32,000 nt of DNA from Kiritimatiellota bacterium (GTDB lineage: Bacteria > Verrucomicrobiota > Kiritimatiellia > Kiritimatiellales > Tichowtungiaceae). Positions 22,957-31,955 of this stretch are shown here, one piece after another; the first letter of the stretch is position 1, and each line of letters starts with the position of its first letter. Where the stretch lies: assembly GCA_014381785.1 (NCBI GenBank), contig JACNKZ010000029.1, positions 55,107 through 87,106 on the forward strand, in the 5' to 3' direction. The notes under the pieces were generated by a model. That model did not search any database and had not been told where the DNA came from. It saw nothing but the letters and a program-made list of their open reading frames with translations. The translations under genes were made by a program, and so were the position numbers.

Positions 22957-25510
22957 CGTCGGGGGGTTCCTCTGCGGATGGCTTTGCTTTTGCTTTTGAG
23001 TCTTTGAGCCATTGGTTGAAGGATTCCTCTTCCTCTGCGGTGAGTTCTTCAAGCCCTGTGTGATCGCCGCCTTTTGCCGGAGTTCCGGATGCTGGATTTG
23101 CTTCGTCATCATTAGCGGGAAGAGATGTTCTTTTTGCGGCAAATTCCTGCGGGGCGTCGGCGGGTTTGCGGAAACGGTCAAACAGGCTGCTAAGCGGGGA
23201 TCGGTGGTCAGCGAGATGCCGGATGGTGCGCTGCTGCCGGATGTCTTCCAAGTAGTATGGGTTGACTCGGTTAAAGATCAGTGCGCAGGGAACCAGTCCG
23301 CGATCCTCCATGAATTCCAGTCCGGCATCGACCAGCTTGCGGTCACTGACCGGCGAAGCGAGGACGTAGATGAGTTCATCCTGAAATGCGCCCACGGTTC
23401 CGGCCATTGGGTGATCCAGTACGGCGGGGATATCGGTGATGATCAGGTCGTACTGTTCCTGGAGCAGGTTCCACAGGCGCTTCATCGCAGGGGTTTTTAT
23501 CAGGTCGAACAGGTCGGCAGAGCTTTTCTGCACGCGGATCACATCGACGCCGTTGATATTTGAAATCATTTCCGGGAGTTGAGCCTTATCACGAAGATAG
23601 TCTTCAATCCCCATTTGCGGCCAGCCGATATCCGTCATATCAGGAAGGTGTGGATTGGGCTGTGTGTCGAAGCTGACAAGCAGCACCTTGCTGCCCAGTG
23701 AACTGTAGTAGCGAGCCAGATTAAAGGACAGCGTGCTTTTCCCCTCTCCGTCCAGAGAGCTCAGCAATCCGAAGGATTTTGCTTTTTTCCCAGATAGCAG
23801 AACATCGAGACGTTCAGCGATTTCGCGCAGGGAAGGGAGCAGAAGCGTATAGGCATCGTATTGTTCAAGGTTTGGAATTTCGACAATCGATGCCAGGCGG
23901 GGAGCACTGTAGGCTTTTTCGAGCTGTTGCTCTGTGCGGATTTTCGCATCCAGTAGCTCGATGATCAGCACCAGCAGCAGGCCGCCAAAGAATCCGAAAA
24001 CAAAGCCGAGCAACGGAACAATTTTTCCGAGCAGAGAGGAGTCTTCTTTTTCAGCAGAGGATGCCGGATTCAGCAGCCGGAAATCGGAAAGATTCGACTC
24101 GGATGTCATGCGGGCAGATTCTTCACCGGCTTTGAGCGTTTTATAGGTGGCATCCAGCCTGGCCCGGGTTTCAAGCAGGGCGGCGTACTCTTTTTCCAGG
24201 CGCGGCATGTCTTCAAATTTTCCATCCAGTGCAGCCAGTTCTTCTTCCATGTTCCGTATTTGACCGCGAACCACTTCCTCCTCAATGCGCAGCTTGAGCA
24301 GTTCTCCTTCCATTTGGCTCTTCAGCGGATTTTTCACGTAGGTGCGCTCGCGGGTGGCATCAAAGCTTCCGCTTTGAAGCATATTGCGGAGCTCTTCGAT
24401 TTCGCGCTCCTGCCGCTGAACCTTGGGATTATCGGCCGCATATTGTATGCGGGCCTGCAACAGCGCCGCTTCCGCATTGGAAATGCGGCGTTTAAGCGGG
24501 TTGTCTTCCTGAGCTTCGTCGAGCACTTCATCAGGAAGCGTGCTGATTTTCTTCACATATTCATTAATCCGGGTCAGCAGACCTTCATGAGTTACCTTTG
24601 AGATGCTCATGCGTTCAAGTAGAGCCGCCTGAGAGGAAAAGAAATTGTTCCACTGTGTGCTGATCTCCAAAAGTTGGTTTTCCAGTTGGAACGCTTCCAC
24701 CGCTTCGATGGCCACGGCAAGTTCCTGTTCCGCCGCTTCGCGCTGTGTGCGGAACTGTTGATATGCCGTAGCGGCCAGATCCCGGTAGTAATTTGCATTA
24801 TCGTCGATAATGATTTCAGCCAGTTTGTTGGCGGCGTTGATCGCGGTTTGTTCATCCGGCATATCTCGGATTTGAAGCGTCATGATATCCGATTTGCTCT
24901 GGGCGTCGAACGAGACACTGTTTTTCAGCGGTTTGAATCCGGTGAACCCCTCCAGCTTGCGGATATTCACCGGAGACAGAAGCATATCGACCAGCGTGTC
25001 CTGAGATAGCGGACGTAGCAGGAAAGAGGATCCCCGAGCGTCGATCTGTTTTTTTGCCGACTCGTTATAGATGATTGCAGATTCAGCAGAGTAGGAGACC
25101 CCGCCCTTCAGGCCGCGGGCTATCGGCAGAAAGAGAAGCATCAGGCCACAGGCGCAAAGCAGAACAAGCCAGAGGCGGCGGTACACTCCGCGTATGATTT
25201 TGATGAAATCCAGATCGCGGAAAAAGTCCTGAACGCTTATTTCATGGCGGATGCTGTGTGCGGACCGATTCGCTTCCGGAAGAGCTGCTTCGGTGGCCGG
25301 AGTTTGCGCGCGAGTAGAATGTGGCCGATCCAGTGTGGGGGGAATCGTGTCGAGATTGGCAAACTGGTCTTTGACCCGGTATTCCGGTTGGGTTGGGGCA
25401 GATTCCTGTGCTTCGGAGGAGGCAGGGGTCTTTTCTCCGGGCGATGCCTGCTCCGGCTGATTTGTTGCAGGGGTTTCGACGCCCAGATCGTCTTCCGGTT
25501 TGTCTCTCAT
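22946..25510 (-). CDS. polysaccharide co-polymerase (chain-length determinant, GumC/Wzc-like) fused to a BY-kinase-like P-loop domain
   Basis: 854 aa. Disordered N-terminus, TM1 (LWLVLLCACGLMLLFLPIA), a long coiled-coil periplasmic region, and TM2 (IVPLLGFVFGFFGGLLLVLIIELL). The cytoplasmic domain has Walker A (DGEGKST), an A'-like motif (VLLVSFD) and Walker B (YDLIITDIP). There is no C-terminal tyrosine cluster. Confidence 0.85.
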   Translation of the reverse strand: MRDKPEDDLGVETPATNQPEQASPGEKTPASSEAQESAPTQPEYRVKDQFANLDTIPPTLDRPHSTRAQTPATEAALPEANRSAHSIRHEISVQDFFRDLDFIKIIRGVYRRLWLVLLCACGLMLLFLPIARGLKGGVSYSAESAIIYNESAKKQIDARGSSFLLRPLSQDTLVDMLLSPVNIRKLEGFTGFKPLKNSVSFDAQSKSDIMTLQIRDMPDEQTAINAANKLAEIIIDDNANYYRDLAATAYQQFRTQREAAEQELAVAIEAVEAFQLENQLLEISTQWNNFFSSQAALLERMSISKVTHEGLLTRINEYVKKISTLPDEVLDEAQEDNPLKRRISNAEAALLQARIQYAADNPKVQRQEREIEELRNMLQSGSFDATRERTYVKNPLKSQMEGELLKLRIEEEVVRGQIRNMEEELAALDGKFEDMPRLEKEYAALLETRARLDATYKTLKAGEESARMTSESNLSDFRLLNPASSAEKEDSSLLGKIVPLLGFVFGFFGGLLLVLIIELLDAKIRTEQQLEKAYSAPRLASIVEIPNLEQYDAYTLLLPSLREIAERLDVLLSGKKAKSFGLLSSLDGEGKSTLSFNLARYYSSLGSKVLLVSFDTQPNPHLPDMTDIGWPQMGIEDYLRDKAQLPEMISNINGVDVIRVQKSSADLFDLIKTPAMKRLWNLLQEQYDLIITDIPAVLDHPMAGTVGAFQDELIYVLASPVSDRKLVDAGLEFMEDRGLVPCALIFNRVNPYYLEDIRQQRTIRHLADHRSPLSSLFDRFRKPADAPQEFAAKRTSLPANDDEANPASGTPAKGGDHTGLEELTAEEEESFNQWLKDSKAKAKPSAEEPPDDEK

Positions 25511-25883
25511 GTGTCTATCCGCCCGTTTTTTACCGCATCACAGCCATTCAGCTTGTTTTGCCATCGCGCCGCGCCTGTGATTACAAAGAATTGCTAAATA
25601 TCTTTTTGTATGTCTCTTGCCTCGCTTTCAGGTCATTTGCATAAGCTGTAAAGTGAACGCAAAATAACGACAGCCCATTATTTACGCTTTCTTAGGGCAT
25701 ATGGCAATAGGGGGGTTGTGCATATCCGTAGTGTCCGTTCTCTTCCGCAGAACCATAAGCGGGCCAACATACTGAGAATTTCGTTGGCAGCATAACCCGT
25801 CAACATGATGTTACCGACAGCGGATGAAGTCGTGCGGATAGGGATGGAGGTTTCCGGAAGCATCTGCCTCGTGCCGTGCATTA

Positions 25884-26708
25884 TTAGCCGAAGTGTTTTT
25901 CGATATCGCGAATAATCATGCTGACCATCTCTGCCGTCACCCGTTCCTCTTTCATCAGGCAGGCGCGGTCAACGGCCAGTTTGCAGATCCGGTTGATCTG
26001 GCGGGGGCATCCGCCGGAAAACCCATACAGGGCTTCAATGCAGTCTTCGTCGAAGACATCCATTTTGCCGGTACCGGCTGTTTTTAGTCGGTGGCGCACA
26101 TAGGGCGCCACTTCTTCGCGGCTCAGATGCTTTAAGTCATAAAACATGCCCAGCCGCTGATAAACCTGAGGCAGTGCGCGAAGCTTTTCTTTTAAATCAG
26201 GCTGTCCCGACAGAATGATCGTCATCACCGGCTCCTCCTGATTGTAGTTGGTGAGACACTTCAGCTCATCCAGACATTCTGTGCTCAGGAACTGTGCTTC
26301 GTCGAGGATGAGAATCAGGTGCTTGCCAATCGATGCGACTTTATTCGTCACCAACCGTTCGAATTCCTTCAGCAGAAAGTATTTCTCATGCGGATGAGTC
26401 GCCTCGTCCTCACCACGCAGCCGCTGGTTGATCTCGGCCAGGATGTGATCAAAGGGCAGGTGGGCGGTGTGGATCCGGATCGTTGTGTAGACATCTTTGC
26501 GCAGACGCGACCCCAGCACATTGAGCAGCATGGTTTTGCCGCTGCCGATCTCTCCGGCCATCGCGCCCATGCCCATGCCGCGATCCGATACCAGATAGAG
26601 CAGGCGGGCCAGCGCTTCGCCGTGAGCCTCGCTCTCAAAAAAGAACTGGGCCTCGCTGTTCGATTCGAACGGCGGTTTTCTCATTTCCCAGAATGATAAG
26701 TATTCCAT
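25884..26708 (-). CDS. ExeA/GspA-like AAA ATPase (of the type associated with PEP-CTERM/EPS loci)
   Basis: The ORF track starts at 26792. ATG 26708 gives MEYLSFWEMRKPPFE, matching the family's Y..FFGL...PF N-terminus. Walker A is GEIGSGKT and Walker B is LILILDEAQ. Confidence 0.82.
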   Translation of the reverse strand: MEYLSFWEMRKPPFESNSEAQFFFESEAHGEALARLLYLVSDRGMGMGAMAGEIGSGKTMLLNVLGSRLRKDVYTTIRIHTAHLPFDHILAEINQRLRGEDEATHPHEKYFLLKEFERLVTNKVASIGKHLILILDEAQFLSTECLDELKCLTNYNQEEPVMTIILSGQPDLKEKLRALPQVYQRLGMFYDLKHLSREEVAPYVRHRLKTAGTGKMDVFDEDCIEALYGFSGGCPRQINRICKLAVDRACLMKEERVTAEMVSMIIRDIEKHFG

Positions 26709-26906
26709 TTTAACGCAAATCCGATTGTTTCGCGGAGCATAGGTGAAGCCATTTGCTGTTAAAAGGAAAACCGGCAACCAAGTGCGCCTCAACGAATTCG
26801 ACGCCCCGGCCGCGCCGGCAGCGGAGCGGAGTGAGGTGGCAAAGCTTGGGAAAAGCGTTACATAGGAGATAGGGTCTGTGTTATAAAAAAGCCGAGGTGT
26901 TGTGAA

Positions 26907-27431
26907 ATGAGTGTTCCAGATACATTTTATGCGGTTGATGTTCTGTTCGGACTGTTTGTCCTGCTGTTCGGCGTGGTCGGCCTGCTGCGCGGGCTGGCCG
27001 ATGAGCTGGCCCGTCTGCTGGCGTTTGCTTTTTTGCTGTGCGGGTTTGCAGTTTTTTTTCCGGCGCTCACCCAGTTTGCCGCCCGTAACTGGGTTACGCT
27101 CTCGCTGGCGGCTGTTCAGGTGGTTGTGGGGCTGGTTTTGTGGATGAGCGCTATGCTGCTGTTCTTTATGCTACGCTTTTCGCTGAAGAAGTTGTTGTGT
27201 GAACAGGTTGATTCTCTGCTTAACAAACTGTCCGGCGCCCTGGTTGGCCTGTTATCCGGTGCCTTGCTGGGCCTGAGCGTCCTTTCTGTTGTGAGTCTGG
27301 TTCCGGACGAGTCCGTCTATCAGAAGCTCTCTGAGAAGTCAGTGGTCGGAGGCTGGGTATGTGAGCGAATGACGCCATGGCTTCATCCGCGGTTGATGGA
27401 GCTACCCGTATTTGATCGCGAAGAAAACTGA
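26907..27431 (+). CDS. cvpA: CvpA-family membrane protein
   Basis: 174 aa with four predicted hydrophobic helices. The N-terminal motif AVDVLFGLFVLLFGVVGLLRGLADEL is typical of colicin V production (CvpA) proteins. Confidence 0.7.
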   Translation: MSVPDTFYAVDVLFGLFVLLFGVVGLLRGLADELARLLAFAFLLCGFAVFFPALTQFAARNWVTLSLAAVQVVVGLVLWMSAMLLFFMLRFSLKKLLCEQVDSLLNKLSGALVGLLSGALLGLSVLSVVSLVPDESVYQKLSEKSVVGGWVCERMTPWLHPRLMELPVFDREEN

Positions 27432-29195
27432 ATGAAACAGATCCCCAGAGAAACCATTGATGAAATCCGGTCGCGCAACGATATTGCGGATGTGATCGGT
27501 TCGTACCTTTCTCTCAAGAATGCCGGCGGGCGCTTTAAGGCGCTCTGCCCGTTTCATAAAGAGAAAACTCCGTCGTTCACCGTGAGCCCCGACCGGCAGA
27601 TCTATCACTGCTTCGGATGCGACGCCGGCGGCGATGTGATCCGTTTTGTTCAGGAGTATGAGAAGGTCGACTTTATGGTCGCTCTGCAGATGTTGGCCGA
27701 CCGCGTCGGCATGGAACTGAATTTTGAAGACGGCGACGGCAAAAGCTCTAACAAACGCGAGCTGTTTAAAATTCACGAAGGGGTCGCGCAGCTTTATCAC
27801 CGCATTCTCATGGAGCATGAGAGCGGCGAGGCGGGCCGTGCCTATCTGGCCACCCGCGGGCTGAAGCCGGAAACCGTATCCGCTTTTCAGATCGGATTTG
27901 CTCCCGACCGCTTTGACGCGCTGGAGAAATGGGCCGCGCAACAGAAGGTTTCTGTGGAGCTCATGGAGCAGGCCGGGTTGATGGCCCGCTCGGAGCGGGG
28001 GTCGGTCTATGACCGCTTCCGCAAGCGGCTGATGTTTCCCATTCTCGATGAGGCGGGCCGGGTGATCGGCTTTAGCGGACGGCTGATTGATCCGGAGGAT
28101 AAGGGCGGCAAGTATGTGAACAGCCCGGAGACCCCGCTGTTCCGCAAAAGCCGCGTGCTGTTCGGAATTGATAAAGCCCGCCGGGCGATGGCTGACAAAC
28201 GCACCGCGATTGTGGTGGAGGGGCAGCTTGACTGCATCCGCTGCCACGAGGCGGGGATCACGCATGTGGTGGCCTCGCAGGGAACCGCGCTGACATCGGA
28301 TCACGCGCGGATGATCCGGCGCTATGCCGATGAAGTGGTTCTGGTGCTCGATGCCGATGCCGCGGGCCAGAAAGCGGCGTTGCGTTCGTCGGAGGCGTTT
28401 GTGGCCGAAGAGCTTAGTGTGCGGGTGGCCTCGCTTCCGCCGGGCGAAGATCCCGATTCGCTGATCCGTTCGCAGGGTGCGGATGCATTGCTTGCGAAAG
28501 TTAATGCGGCGGTTTCCGCGCTCGATTTCCTGATTGATTGCTCCGCGAAGACCGATAATTTAAACACCGAAGCGGGGCTGATGCGCGCGTCGCGCGCGGT
28601 GCAGAGTTTGATTGCCTGTGCGCCCGGTGCGATTCAGCGCGACCGCATGGTGCAGCGCGCCGCCGAGCGGTTGGGTCTTTCGCAGGCCGCACTGCGGCGC
28701 GATATGGCCCGCACGCAGCAGCGTCCGTCTCCCGTACAGCGGCAAGCCGCTGCGGAGAAGGAGCGGTCTGTTTCGCCGCCCGCGCATCATCCGTCTGCTG
28801 AAGTGGCGCTGGCGCAGTTGCTTTGCCTGCATCCTGAAGAGGTTTTCCCCGTGGTGGCCGACCATCTGCCGCTGGAGTATATAACCGATCCGGATTGCCG
28901 CCTTCTGGTGGAGTTGATGCTGGATGACCCCGCCAATTTAATGGAGAACATTCCCGCAGACCGGATGGCGGCGCAAAAGCTGGCGGTGAGGATCCAGATG
29001 AGAGATTCAAAAATGGTTGGAGATGCATATCAGCCAAAAGAGGCGGCTCAAGGTTATGTGATCAGGCTTTGGCAACAGGCGCTTGAGAGAAAGCGAAGAC
29101 AAGTCACGGCCGGGCCGGAGAGCGCCAGAATAAAATTGTTGCAAGTTAAGCTGGATCAAGGCTGGGAGTATGCGGTCGACTTTCTCGTGGTCTAG
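27432..29195 (+). CDS. dnaG: DNA primase
   Basis: CHC2 zinc finger CPFHKEKTPSFTVSPDRQIYHCFGCDAGGD. RNA polymerase core (KYVNSPETPLFRKS). TOPRIM motifs (VVEGQLD and VLDADAAGQKAA). The ATG immediately follows the cvpA TGA. Confidence 0.95.
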   Translation: MKQIPRETIDEIRSRNDIADVIGSYLSLKNAGGRFKALCPFHKEKTPSFTVSPDRQIYHCFGCDAGGDVIRFVQEYEKVDFMVALQMLADRVGMELNFEDGDGKSSNKRELFKIHEGVAQLYHRILMEHESGEAGRAYLATRGLKPETVSAFQIGFAPDRFDALEKWAAQQKVSVELMEQAGLMARSERGSVYDRFRKRLMFPILDEAGRVIGFSGRLIDPEDKGGKYVNSPETPLFRKSRVLFGIDKARRAMADKRTAIVVEGQLDCIRCHEAGITHVVASQGTALTSDHARMIRRYADEVVLVLDADAAGQKAALRSSEAFVAEELSVRVASLPPGEDPDSLIRSQGADALLAKVNAAVSALDFLIDCSAKTDNLNTEAGLMRASRAVQSLIACAPGAIQRDRMVQRAAERLGLSQAALRRDMARTQQRPSPVQRQAAAEKERSVSPPAHHPSAEVALAQLLCLHPEEVFPVVADHLPLEYITDPDCRLLVELMLDDPANLMENIPADRMAAQKLAVRIQMRDSKMVGDAYQPKEAAQGYVIRLWQQALERKRRQVTAGPESARIKLLQVKLDQGWEYAVDFLVV

Positions 29196-29396
29196 ATGTT
29201 TCCAGGCATTGCCACTGAACCATTCCCTCTGGTCATTATTAGGCCGTGCCGTTGGCAAATTATGTTTCCGCTTTGCTCCAACGCGTTGCCGTCGCAATTG
29301 CGCGTTGCAGGCGGGTCTCGCCTGCGGCTCGAGTGGAAAAGCGACTTGTTGCATCAGTCTTTATAGGCTAAAGTCTTCGGTTTAAACGGAGTGTTT

Positions 29397-30011
29397 ATGC
29401 GCATATTAATTGCAGAGGACGAAAAGGTAACTCGCATGCGGCTCGAGAAGACGTTGAGCCAGTGGGGGTTTGAGGTGGAGTCGGTTGCCAACGGCGAAGC
29501 GGCTTGGGAGAGGCTCTGCCAGCCGGATCCGCCGCGTATGTGCATTATTGACTGGTTGATGCCGGAGATGGAGGGGCCGGAGCTCTGTCAGCGTGTCCGC
29601 GATAAGTTCCCGGAAGAGTATTTTTACCTGATTATTCTGTCGGCCCGGCAGGGTGTGGATAATTTAATCGAAGGGCTGAGCGCCGGCGCCGACGATTATG
29701 TGACGAAGCCGTTTGTGGGACGCGAATTACGCTCGCGAATTGATGTGGGTGTGCGGGTGATTGGTCTGGAACGGATGCTGGCCACGAAGGTGCATCAGCT
29801 TGAGACCGCACTGGAAGATGTGAAGCAGTTGCGCGGTCTGCTTCCGATCTGCTCGTACTGCAATAAGATCCGTAACGACAACGATTATTGGGAACAGGTC
29901 GAAAGCTACATCACCCGTTTTTCCGAGCTGGAGTTCAGCCATTCCATTTGTCCGTCCTGCTATAAGGAGCATGTGGAGCCGATGTTGAAGCGCAAAAAGG
30001 AGAGTGAGTGA
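29397..30011 (+). CDS. response regulator: receiver domain + coiled linker + C-terminal four-Cys (CxxC...H..CxxC) module
   Basis: GGAG 5 nt upstream of ATG 29397 (the ORF track uses GTG 29391). Receiver residues: AEDE, IIDWLMP (phospho-acceptor Asp) and VTKPF. The C-terminal module is LLPICSYCNKIRNDNDYWEQVESYITRFSELEFSHSICPSCY. Confidence 0.88.
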   Translation: MRILIAEDEKVTRMRLEKTLSQWGFEVESVANGEAAWERLCQPDPPRMCIIDWLMPEMEGPELCQRVRDKFPEEYFYLIILSARQGVDNLIEGLSAGADDYVTKPFVGRELRSRIDVGVRVIGLERMLATKVHQLETALEDVKQLRGLLPICSYCNKIRNDNDYWEQVESYITRFSELEFSHSICPSCYKEHVEPMLKRKKESE

Positions 30012-31768
30012 GCTTAAGCGCCTTTCTCCAGAGTTTGTGCGGTCCGGCTGCCATGAAGGTGATGCATAACGATGCGACGCTTCCCTTGGCGCTGTCGACG
30101 TTTATTTGCGGAGCGGTACTGGTTTGGCTGGCGATGTATTTGCGGCGCAATGCGTCTGTTCGCAAAACCACCGACAATTATGAGCAGTCGCAGTCGCAGA
30201 CGCAACTCAAAGACCTTCTCCAGCACTCGCGGGAAGCGCTGTATAAATTTGATTTCACCACTGGGCAATTTGAGTACTTGAGTCCGGCCTGTTTAAGTTT
30301 AACCGGTTATGTTGCCGAAGAGCTCAAGCAAATGGGGCTGAACGAACTCTTGCAGTGTGTGCATCCGGAAGATCAGGAAAAGATTTTCCGGTTGATGACG
30401 GAGTTGCGCCGCCAATCGAAAGAACGGGAGTGGCAGGGGGTGGTGGAATATCGTTTTATGCACCGCGACGGGCAGTACCGTTCCCTGAGTGATCATTTGC
30501 ACGTGATTTACGATTCGTTCGGTGAGGCCCGGTTTATGGGCGGGTCGGTGCGTGATGTGACGCCAGCTGCGCGGCTGGAAGAGAGCCTGCGTGTGCTGGA
30601 GCGCAAATTCCATGAGAGTCAGAAGATGGCGGGTCTCGGGCTACTGTCCAGCGGAATTGCGCATGATTTTAATAATTTGATGACGGTGGTGCTGGGCAAT
30701 GCGGAACTGGCATTGCAGGAAAAAGATGGCGTAGCAAGCGGGCCGCTTGATGAAATTAAAAAAACCTCGTTGCGGGCGGCGGAGCTGGCGAATCAGATGC
30801 TGGTGTATACAGGAAAAACCACGCTGGTGGTTAGCAGTATAAACCTGTCTTCTGTGGTTCGGGAAATGGGTGCACTGCTGGATGTTTCGCTTTCGAAGAA
30901 AGTGGGCATCAAGTATTGCCTCTCAGAGGATATCCCGTTGATTCGAGGCGATGTGTCGCAAATCCGTCAGGTGGCGATGAATCTGATTACGAATGCGTCG
31001 GAGGCGATCGGGGATCGTCAGGGCGTCATTGCCATCGATATTCACGAGGTGTATCTCCGTCCGGGAGAGGTGGAAAATATGTATCCTGCGGGGAGTCTGA
31101 TGCCCGGACAGCATGTTTTATTGGAGGTTTCGGATACCGGCATCGGAATGGATGAAGAGACGCTCAACAGAATTTTTGATCCGCAGTTTACCACCAAGGT
31201 GACGGGGCGGGGTCTCGGGCTGGCCTCATTGCTGAATGCCGTGCAACGTCATAACGGTGCCGTGCAAGTTGAGAGCAAGATCGGCGAGGGAACTGTGTTT
31301 CGTGTTTATTTTCCGGTCGAGGAACGGGCCGCGGAAGAGGTCTCAGGAGCTCCTCTTGATTCGTATGAAAACTGGAACGGATACGGAGTGGCTCTGATTG
31401 CTGATGATGAGGAGGCGATTCGTGCGATCACCACCATCCTGCTTGAACGGAGAGGCTTCGAGGTGATTTCTGCGGCGGACGGCCTGGAGACGGTGGAGCT
31501 CTATACCCGGAACGCGGAGGATATAACCTTTCTGCTGCTGGACATTAATATGCCGGGCCTGAACGGGCTTGAGGCGGCATTGCGTATTCGGCACATCAAT
31601 CCCAACGTGCCGATTCTCTTCATGAGCGGATATCCCCGTGAAGAGGTAATGGAGCGGTTCGAGGATAAAGAGCACACGGATTTTATAAAAAAACCGTTCG
31701 AAATCGTCGCATTAACACAGGCCATCCGTTCTGTGATGGAAACCAACCCCAGAGGGCTGGCTCAATAA
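30008..31768 (+). CDS. hybrid sensor histidine kinase (TM - PAS - HisKA - HATPase_c - receiver)
   Basis: GTG 30008 overlaps the regulator stop (GTGA); ATG 30053 is an alternative start. TM helix LPLALSTFICGAVLVWLAMYL. PAS segment (FEYLSPACLSLTGY...VHPED). H-box GIAHDFNNLMT. N/G boxes (NLITNASEA, DTGIGMD, GRGLGLA). Receiver motifs (IADDEE, LLLDINMPGLNG, IKKPF). Confidence 0.9.
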   Translation: MSLSAFLQSLCGPAAMKVMHNDATLPLALSTFICGAVLVWLAMYLRRNASVRKTTDNYEQSQSQTQLKDLLQHSREALYKFDFTTGQFEYLSPACLSLTGYVAEELKQMGLNELLQCVHPEDQEKIFRLMTELRRQSKEREWQGVVEYRFMHRDGQYRSLSDHLHVIYDSFGEARFMGGSVRDVTPAARLEESLRVLERKFHESQKMAGLGLLSSGIAHDFNNLMTVVLGNAELALQEKDGVASGPLDEIKKTSLRAAELANQMLVYTGKTTLVVSSINLSSVVREMGALLDVSLSKKVGIKYCLSEDIPLIRGDVSQIRQVAMNLITNASEAIGDRQGVIAIDIHEVYLRPGEVENMYPAGSLMPGQHVLLEVSDTGIGMDEETLNRIFDPQFTTKVTGRGLGLASLLNAVQRHNGAVQVESKIGEGTVFRVYFPVEERAAEEVSGAPLDSYENWNGYGVALIADDEEAIRAITTILLERRGFEVISAADGLETVELYTRNAEDITFLLLDINMPGLNGLEAALRIRHINPNVPILFMSGYPREEVMERFEDKEHTDFIKKPFEIVALTQAIRSVMETNPRGLAQ

Positions 31769-31839
31769 CTGGCTGATATGCCTACGTGATGATGCCCGTT
31801 GCCCAGATTATGCCACTTCACGAGACTCCGTTTAAACGA

Positions 31840-31955
31840 TATCCCCGTGATGAGGCAACGGAACGGCTCGGCGATAAAGAGCATACGGATTTTATACAAA
31901 ACCGTTTGAAAGCATTTCCTTGACAATGGCTATTCGTTTTGTGGCGGGAGTCCCC
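31840..31955 (+). pseudogene. decayed duplicate of the last ~40 codons of the hybrid kinase gene
   Basis: 31840-31955 aligns by eye with 31631-31750 (TATCCCCGTGA...GATAAAGAGCA.ACGGATTTTATA...CCGTT.GAAA...). Identity is high, about 80%, over the first ~70 nt and lower after that. A 2-nt deletion in the A-run breaks the frame, which then hits a stop. Weak similarity may extend left to about 31795. Confidence 0.55.

Noticed and set aside
26858-26887. Sigma-70-like promoter for cvpA (TTACAT-N18-TATAAA)
   Set aside because: The -35 match is poor and the spacer is 18-19 nt. It cannot be supported from sequence alone, so it is not listed as a feature.
27402-28304. 300-aa minus-strand ORF overlapping dnaG
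   Set aside because: Antisense to DNA primase, which has a clear zinc finger and TOPRIM domain. No motifs.
29196-29396. Expected rpoD downstream of dnaG (classical macromolecular-synthesis operon)
   Set aside because: The next gene is a response regulator, and there is no sigma-70 region 2 or region 4 motif anywhere in the window. The spacer contains only a GC hairpin (GCAGGCG-GGTCT-CGCCTGC) without a T-tract.
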